The translations under genes and the position numbers were made by a program. The notes beneath the pieces were generated by a model, which worked only from the letters and a program-made list of their open reading frames with translations, did no database searches and was not told the DNA's origin. Shown here piece after piece: positions 56,045-61,805 of a stretch of 61,805 bases of DNA. How positions within the stretch are numbered: position 1 is the first letter of the stretch; every line of letters begins with the position of its first letter. This DNA is from an uncultured Rhodospirillaceae bacterium (GTDB lineage Bacteria > Pseudomonadota > Alphaproteobacteria > MPNO01 > UBA2964): contig CAJXEC010000003.1 of assembly GCA_913052165.1 (NCBI GenBank), positions 1 through 61,805 of the forward strand. Direction: 5' to 3'.

Positions 56045-56855
56045 CATACCAGAACTGAAAATTACTCAAGCGGGTGACTACCGGTTATCCTATCGAGAAT
56101 TGGGCGAAGGACCGGCGCTACTTTTTATTCACGGAATGGGCGGGAATTCTATCAACTGGGAGAGCCAGTTCCAATTCTTCTCCGATAAGTTTAGGGTCAT
56201 AGCTTGGGATGCGCCGGGTTATGGTTCGTCCGACGACTGGGATCACGACACTCCTTCCACGGGAGATTATGCCCTTCTGATTTCCGATTTTTTAGATGCT
56301 ATAGGAGTAACTGCGGTACATCTGGTAGGCCACTCCTATGGAGGTGTAATCGTTACCGCTTTTTACAGATCTTTTCGTGAGCGTGTCCTCTCTATCACTC
56401 TGGCAGAGCCCGTTGTAGGCGGAGGCGTGGAGCCCTTAAAAAATAGAAACAAAATAATAGCGGAGAGGGAGAGGGAGGTCCGGGAGTTAGGTATCGAGGG
56501 GTATGCCAATCTTCATGCGCCAAGGTCTTGTTCTCGGCATGCAGAGCAACGAATAATTGATCGTGCAATAGAAGTTACTAAAACAATGAGAATAGATGGA
56601 TATCTCACTCAATTCAGATCTTTGAGGCATGCGAATATCTATGAGTGGACATTTCGGCCACGGGTTCCGGCCATGATTGTTGGTGGTGAGGAGGATCGTA
56701 CCTCACAAAAATCTATGATTGATGACATTGCAGATCAAATGCCTGGGATAGAAAAACATATTATCTCAGGTGTCGGTCATATGTTTTACTTAGAAAATCC
56801 CCAACGCTTCAACAGGATACTTGAGAGTTTCATGGCGAGACGGGTTTTGATATAG
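56031..56855 (+). CDS. alpha/beta-fold hydrolase
   Basis: LLFIHGMGGN and the GHSYGG elbow, plus C-terminal GHMFYLENP. The TTG start overlaps the upstream gene by 14 nt, so the start is uncertain. Confidence 0.75.
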   Translation: MAGPDIPELKITQAGDYRLSYRELGEGPALLFIHGMGGNSINWESQFQFFSDKFRVIAWDAPGYGSSDDWDHDTPSTGDYALLISDFLDAIGVTAVHLVGHSYGGVIVTAFYRSFRERVLSITLAEPVVGGGVEPLKNRNKIIAEREREVRELGIEGYANLHAPRSCSRHAEQRIIDRAIEVTKTMRIDGYLTQFRSLRHANIYEWTFRPRVPAMIVGGEEDRTSQKSMIDDIADQMPGIEKHIISGVGHMFYLENPQRFNRILESFMARRVLI

Positions 56856-56899
56856 AGATTAATGATTTTAGGTCTGGCTTTCAAAAGGAGGGACTTATA

Positions 56900-57412
56900 A
56901 TGACATACACCCTTGAAGAATTTGCGCGCGATTGCAAAGTTGCCTTGCAAAAAGATCCGGGTCCTGCCGGCAGAGAAGAAGTTAGGACTTATGTCTCCAG
57001 GGCCTGCCTAGATGAGGATTTTCGGGATAAGCACCTCAGCGATAACGATGCGCCACCGCGCACAATATTGTACGAAGACCCAGATTTAAAATTTTGCATA
57101 TGCGCTCACTTCTATGAAGGCGCTAAAGAATCGTCGCCCCATGGCCACGGAGGCAGTTGGGCAATATATGGACAGGCGGTTGGACAGACAGTCATGACAG
57201 ATTGGCAATGTGTAGAGCCAGCTGCTGATGGAAAGCCTGGTTTGGTAGAAAAGGTTCGTGATTATCCTCTCAATCCGGGTGATGCGCATGTTTATAATGA
57301 AGAAGATTTGCATTCACCTTCTAGAGCAAATACGACCAGACTAATAAGGATTGAGGGTGAGAACCTCGATCATGTGACACGGGTTCCATACAAAAAGGTT
57401 AGGGCTGCCTGA
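56900..57412 (+). CDS. cupin-like protein of unknown function (cysteine-dioxygenase-like pattern)
   Basis: 170 aa. SSPHGHGGSWAIYGQAVG followed by beta-rich sequence and a late His (DLHSP). GGAGGG SD. The family call is tentative. Confidence 0.4.
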   Translation: MTYTLEEFARDCKVALQKDPGPAGREEVRTYVSRACLDEDFRDKHLSDNDAPPRTILYEDPDLKFCICAHFYEGAKESSPHGHGGSWAIYGQAVGQTVMTDWQCVEPAADGKPGLVEKVRDYPLNPGDAHVYNEEDLHSPSRANTTRLIRIEGENLDHVTRVPYKKVRAA

Positions 57413-57465
57413 CCATCTGAGATTTTGGATGTTCATGAGAGAGCCTCTCTTGATACAACCTTTTT

Positions 57466-58323
57466 TTATACCCCAGGGCAGGTCTGGGTTACTCCGCCGT
57501 CGACAATAATTTCTGTGGCCGTGATATGTGTTGCCTCATCCGATGCTAGGAACAAAGCAGCATAAGCAACATCAAAGCCAGTGCCCATCCTGCCAGTTGG
57601 TATTATCGCATCTCTTGCTGCACAATATTCCTCGGCAGAGGAGTAACCTTTGTATTCGTATGACCTTTTCCCGTTTACCATCCGCTTAATAAAAGGTGTG
57701 TCGATATAACCTGGCAAAACGCAATTAGATCTGATGCCTTTTGGCGCCAATTGTATCGCAATGTTCCTGTTAAATTCTATCATCGCTCCCTTTGTAGCAG
57801 AGTATACTGCTGTCGGAACATTGAGATGCCGAATTCCAGCAATGGAGGCGATATTTATAATGGCTCCGCCGTTCTTAGATTCCATATGTTTGGCCACTTC
57901 TCTTGAGGTCAGCATTGCGGATGTAATGTTGCGTGAGAATGTTGCGTTCCAGTCCTCGACAGTTATCGTATTTAAGGCTCTCCCAGTTCCTTGTCCGCCA
58001 ACGTTATTATGCAGCACATCGACCTGGCCATATCTCTCTATGCACGTTGCCACCATTGAAACCACGTCACTCTCGTCTGAAACATCACATTGTACTGCCG
58101 ATGCCTCTCCGCCAGCCCGCTTTATCAAATTTACCGTTTCTTCAGCAGCTTCAAGCCGATAGTCCACGCACAGCACTTTCCCGCCTTCTTTTCCGTATAC
58201 GAAGGCGGCCGCCTTACCATTGCCCCAACCATCACCGACGGATCCCGCTCCGGAAGCGATTATTACTTTTCCTGCCATGCGAGCGCGCGAAGGGGTGTGT
58301 TCGTCTGGTGCTGGGTGCAACAT
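57466..58323 (-). CDS. short-chain dehydrogenase/reductase (SDR)
   Basis: VIIASGAGSVGDGWG, NNVG, and YSATKGA. Confidence 0.85.
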   Translation of the reverse strand: MLHPAPDEHTPSRARMAGKVIIASGAGSVGDGWGNGKAAAFVYGKEGGKVLCVDYRLEAAEETVNLIKRAGGEASAVQCDVSDESDVVSMVATCIERYGQVDVLHNNVGGQGTGRALNTITVEDWNATFSRNITSAMLTSREVAKHMESKNGGAIINIASIAGIRHLNVPTAVYSATKGAMIEFNRNIAIQLAPKGIRSNCVLPGYIDTPFIKRMVNGKRSYEYKGYSSAEEYCAARDAIIPTGRMGTGFDVAYAALFLASDEATHITATEIIVDGGVTQTCPGV

Positions 58324-58451
58324 TTTTGCCTCCTTTGTTGTTGTCTGGCTTAATTAAATCTGCGTGCAAGAATTTTACATGACAGCATAGCGCGATTGCT
58401 CCAATAGTCTATTGGGCTTAAGTTTTGGTAAAGAGAATCAGGAGATCAATA

Positions 58452-59288
58452 ATGGCCGAGACTAGCCACAAGCCGTTATGCCGAGAAGATGTTCAAGTTG
58501 AGCTTGACTACGCCGTAGCAAGCGAAGGCAACAGGATCATTCTGCGCCCTTCGGAACCAGGTGGCCAGAACGGTACGCGCGACGGTCAATTTGAGAAAAA
58601 AAAAGTTCGTATCGCAAATGGACGTTCCTTAATCGGTTCGCTCTCGCTTGACATTCAGGGATTTGAAATCAAAACCCAAAAAACGGCGGTGTCCGACTTT
58701 TATGACGAAGATCAAATTCTCATGATATATAACCAAGAGTGTGAAAACCTGGTCATGGAAGCAACTGGTTGTTCGAGAGCGGTCGTCTTCGATCATACGA
58801 AAAGATACGACGATCCAGTTCAACGGAAAAAACGATCGGTAAGAGAACCAGTTCAAGGGGCGCACAATGACTACACAACAGAGTCCGGGCCGCAACGTGT
58901 GCGGGACCTCATGGGCTCGGAGGCTGAAACGCTTTTGTCCAAGCGGTTTTCGATCATCAATATTTGGCGTTCCACAAAAGGGCCTATTGAGACCATGCCG
59001 CTCGCAATTTGTGACGCTCGTAGCGTGATTTTGGCTGATTTAATAACCGCGGAAAGGCAGGCGGTTGATCGGACAGGCTATACCTTTCGGCTCGCTCATA
59101 ACACGAGCCATAGCTGGGTGTATTTCCCTTTTATGCAATTCGATGAGGTAATGCTTATCAAATCCTACGACTCTAAGGAGGATGGTGTCGCCCGGTTTAC
59201 CCCGCATACAGCCTTCGTTGATCCATCTACCAAGCCGGATGCGCTTCCGCGGCAGAGTATAGAAAGTCGTATATTTGCATTTTTTTAG
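58452..59288 (+). CDS. CmcJ/NvfI/AsaB-like oxygenase-family protein (tentative)
   Basis: GAHNDYTTESGPQRV and FSIINIWRSTKGPIETMPLAICDARSV resemble that family as I remember it. The ATG at 58452 has AGGAGA 6 nt upstream; the ORF-track TTG at 58425 is less likely. Confidence 0.45.
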   Translation: MAETSHKPLCREDVQVELDYAVASEGNRIILRPSEPGGQNGTRDGQFEKKKVRIANGRSLIGSLSLDIQGFEIKTQKTAVSDFYDEDQILMIYNQECENLVMEATGCSRAVVFDHTKRYDDPVQRKKRSVREPVQGAHNDYTTESGPQRVRDLMGSEAETLLSKRFSIINIWRSTKGPIETMPLAICDARSVILADLITAERQAVDRTGYTFRLAHNTSHSWVYFPFMQFDEVMLIKSYDSKEDGVARFTPHTAFVDPSTKPDALPRQSIESRIFAFF

Positions 59289-59322
59289 TTCGGCATTGGA
59301 GTAAACATTAATAAAGGCAGCA

Positions 59323-60141
59323 TTACGCTCTCCAAACCACCGGATAATCCAGCGAGTCTAGAGGACCTCCCTCTGTGAGGTTCGGTGTTTCAGGTCTTGA
59401 TGGAATATATGGACGTGGTTGCCAGAAAGTGTCAGCCCCTGCATATCTCGCTGATAACGCCCTTCTGCGACGATCTTGAGCCTCATTGGCATATGCACCA
59501 TGGAGGACTCCTGCTTGGAAAAACAAGGCGTCACCAGGTTCCATATCGAAAGATAAAACCTGATATTTATCAAGGTTTTTATCTATTTCGGGAGCAGGCC
59601 CATCATAGTGATTGGCTTCGTCTACTAGCACGCCTTCAGCTATTCTGATGGGCTGATAAATTTTACCCCATCTATGTGAACCTTTAACAAACCTTAGAGC
59701 CCCGGAGTGCTTATCGACCTGATCTAGTGTAATCCAGAGAGACCCAAAATCGGGGCCTCCTATTTCGTAATAGGGTAAATCCTGATGCCAATGCGTCGCG
59801 TTTTCGGTGCCGGGCTCTTTCACGAGTAAATGTTCGTCTACGTAATTAAGCTTGCAGGTTCCCATAATCTTGGCCGCCAATTCGGTGACATTGCTATTTT
59901 CTTGAAAGTCTTTGAACGCCTCTATTCGTTTGCACATATGGTGGTCTGTGAAAAACCGGCCCCCGTTTTTGCCAATATAGTCTCGACACATAGGGCTTGG
60001 ATTTTCCATAGCCTCCTCTATTCCTTTTGCGATGATAGCCAGCCAGCCGGGACTAAAGGCTTTTTTGATGAGAACCACTCCATCCTCTCGCCACTGCTTT
60101 GTGGTTTCAGCGTCGACGTCCTGGAGTGCAATTCCGACCAT
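59323..60141 (-). CDS. phytanoyl-CoA dioxygenase (PhyH) family Fe(II)/2OG oxygenase
   Basis: The HWHQDLPYY (HxD) motif, a late HGAYAN His, and RR..L.ARY. Confidence 0.8.
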   Translation of the reverse strand: MVGIALQDVDAETTKQWREDGVVLIKKAFSPGWLAIIAKGIEEAMENPSPMCRDYIGKNGGRFFTDHHMCKRIEAFKDFQENSNVTELAAKIMGTCKLNYVDEHLLVKEPGTENATHWHQDLPYYEIGGPDFGSLWITLDQVDKHSGALRFVKGSHRWGKIYQPIRIAEGVLVDEANHYDGPAPEIDKNLDKYQVLSFDMEPGDALFFQAGVLHGAYANEAQDRRRRALSARYAGADTFWQPRPYIPSRPETPNLTEGGPLDSLDYPVVWRA

Positions 60142-60409
60142 TTCGTTCCTCTCTTGACCTGTTACGCAAATTTGATTTTTGCAACCTAGCGTATCAATAA
60201 TTTATAGCCTACCGTAATGTTCTATTCCATCAGTCTTACTCGGCAGAAATGGTTCGGAATAAATTTTTTACGGAACGCGACAAAGCAGTTTTCGAAGAAC
60301 TAGGCTTTTAACCAAAGTCTGCCGGTGGAAAACCACGTCACCAAGTTTTTGATGACACTAAAGTACTTTGTGCCTGAGGTTAATTCTCCGTAATTTTTGA
60401 GGTATTGAT

Positions 60410-60427
60410 ATGACATTTAGGAGATGA
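60410..60427 (+). promoter_or_regulatory. 5-codon leader mini-ORF (MTFRR) translationally coupled to the amidase
   Basis: ATG at 60410 with GAGG 7 nt upstream. Its TGA (60425-60427) overlaps the amidase ATG (60424) as ATGA. The amidase ATG has no correctly spaced SD of its own. Confidence 0.3.
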
Positions 60428-61626
60428 TCCTGACATATTCTCCCCTGAAAAATGACTTGAGAAGCTGGCTATCAGCTCTTCCATTATTCGAAGCCGGAGC
60501 GGATACGCCACGAAAATATTTAGAGAGATGTCTCGAGGTTATTTATAACCGAGAGCCTGAGGTGAAAGCTTTTGTCTGCCATGATTTTGATTCCGCACGA
60601 AAGGCTGCAGATGCGTCAAGCCAGCGATATCGATCGGGCCGCGTATTATCCGTCTTGGATGGAATGCCCTTCGGGGCAAAGGACATCTTCAAATCTGCAG
60701 ATTTTCCAACTGAGGTGGGGAGCGAATTTTTCAGAGGGCACAGAGATTGGCAAGACAGCGCTCACATTTATGCACTTAAAAGATCTGGAGGGATTTTAGT
60801 TGGTAAAACCACTTTGCCAGAATTGGGTTCAGGAGATCCACCACCAACCCGTAATCCATATGATCTATCTAGATCGCCTGGAGGTTCCTCAAGCGGAAGC
60901 GCTGCCCTGGTGGGGGCCGGAATGCTTCCGTTAGCAACCGGGAGCCAAGGCAGGGGCTCCATCATTAGACCAGCAAGTTTTTGTGGGAATTGGGCGCTAA
61001 AACCAACTTTTGGGGCGCTTCATTCTGGAGGTCTTATCTGGCGCTCACCATCCTACAGCGTGATGGGTGTCCATTCTGCTTCGGTAGACGACTGCTGGGC
61101 TGTTGCACGATGCATTGCAGACATCGTTGGCGGAGACCCTGGGCATCCGGGTCTATATGGTGTTGACCAGTTAGGGCCAGGTAAAAAGCCCGTACGTATA
61201 GCCCTTCTAGAGACTGCCGGATGGAAAGAAGCCGATGAGGAATACAAAATAAAAATTATAAAATTTGGTGAAAAACTTTACGCAAATGGCGTGGAATTAT
61301 TCTCTCGGAATGATAGCTTAGAAATTGAAAAACTTGAAAACGCGCTTGCATTATTTCCTAGTTATCGACCAGTGATCGCGGCTTGGGAAGTTAAGTATCC
61401 AGCTCTGATGGCGCGTGAAGTGGGGGCTAATTTTATCACAAATGAACTTCTCAAGCGTTTTGGGGGAGGAGAAAAAATTACCCTGGAAGAGTATCGAAAT
61501 GCGCTCAATAGTTTGGAGGATTTAAGAGCGAAGTTTAAAGCGACCGCCAAATCTGTAGATGGATATCTCACCCTTTCGGCACCCTCCCTCCCACCATTTG
61601 GCATGGGGACTGGGGACTCCATTTTT
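60424..61626 (+). CDS. amidase-signature (GatA-like) family amidase, 3'-truncated at a junction
   Basis: [21 protein letters not shown], and [17 protein letters not shown]...[18 protein letters not shown] (Ser-cisSer-Lys signature region). The ORF is open to the window end and so is absent from the ORF track. Amidase-like sequence stops at ...GMGTGDSIF. Confidence 0.85.
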
Positions 61627-61805
61627 GGTGATCCATCATCAGCACTTTTGGAAGTACTTGATCCAGAGCAAAATAATAAATTTAATGATCATTACCTTGA
61701 GGTAGATTATGATTTATCAGATGTAATGTTTGTAACTACAGCAAACACATTAAATATTCTTCCCCCACTTTTAGATAGAATGGAAGTCATAAGAATTCCA
61801 GGATA
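61627..61805 (+). other. lon: internal fragment of a Lon protease AAA+ module, AT-rich, joined in frame to the amidase
   Basis: [60 protein letters not shown] is the highly conserved Lon segment (sensor-1/arginine-finger region). Base composition drops abruptly to AT-rich at ~61625. Confidence 0.85.

Noticed and set aside
60424-61805. Amidase-Lon as a genuine novel fusion protein.
   Set aside because: There is an abrupt compositional switch at the junction. The amidase lacks its C-terminal catalytic-core end, and the Lon piece is an internal fragment with no N-domain or Walker A. The junction also sits at the extreme contig end. All of this is far more consistent with a chimeric assembly.
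1-61805. Search for CRISPR arrays, tandem repeats, IS elements, integrases, toxin-antitoxin pairs or known defence genes.
   Set aside because: No spaced direct repeats, no terminal inverted repeats flanking transposase-like ORFs, and no small paired ORFs of TA type were seen on either strand.

Overview
This is a 61.8-kb, gene-dense bacterial chromosomal segment with about 60 protein genes. It has no rRNA, tRNA, CRISPR array, transposase or integrase, and no recognisable transcription factor. GC content is moderate by eye. Gene content suggests a marine heterotroph of proteobacterial type, but that taxonomic call is inference only. Most of the window is a supercluster of small-molecule catabolic enzymes:
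- cytoplasmic BisC-like molybdoenzyme;
- three PhtD-like decarboxylase-family paralogs;
- two ornithine-cyclodeaminase-like paralogs;
- TauD, PhyH and CmcJ-type oxygenases, pirin and cupins;
- HpaB-type monooxygenase, extradiol dioxygenase and FAH;
- several alpha/beta hydrolases, amidohydrolases, SDR and MDR dehydrogenases;
- a TTT (TctC plus fused TctA-TctB) uptake system.

A housekeeping pair of translational GTPases (prfC-typA, overlapping by 4 nt) interrupts the cluster.

The most interesting units:
1. A UbiD-family decarboxylase shares an operon with a EutA-like ATPase (the B12-enzyme reactivase family) and a cupin. The window has no UbiX and no B12 enzyme.
2. A tight 5-gene operon encodes a three-subunit, split-beta, cobalt-type nitrile-hydratase-family enzyme (ToyJKL/SCNase architecture). 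Its alpha subunit carries a His-rich N-terminal extension and no activator gene is present. The operon also holds an orphan xanthine-dehydrogenase-family Mo subunit and an AhpD-like protein.
3. A second orphan Mo subunit is fused to a CoxG/SRPBCC domain and bracketed by hydrolases. The window contains no FeS or FAD partner subunit for either Mo enzyme.

Two decayed pseudogenes are present (MBL-fold hydrolase, aldo/keto reductase), along with one orphan protein. The last ~180 nt are an AT-rich, in-frame Lon protease fragment joined to a truncated amidase. This is most likely an assembly or amplification chimera. All functional calls come from reading motifs in the translations; no database search was run.
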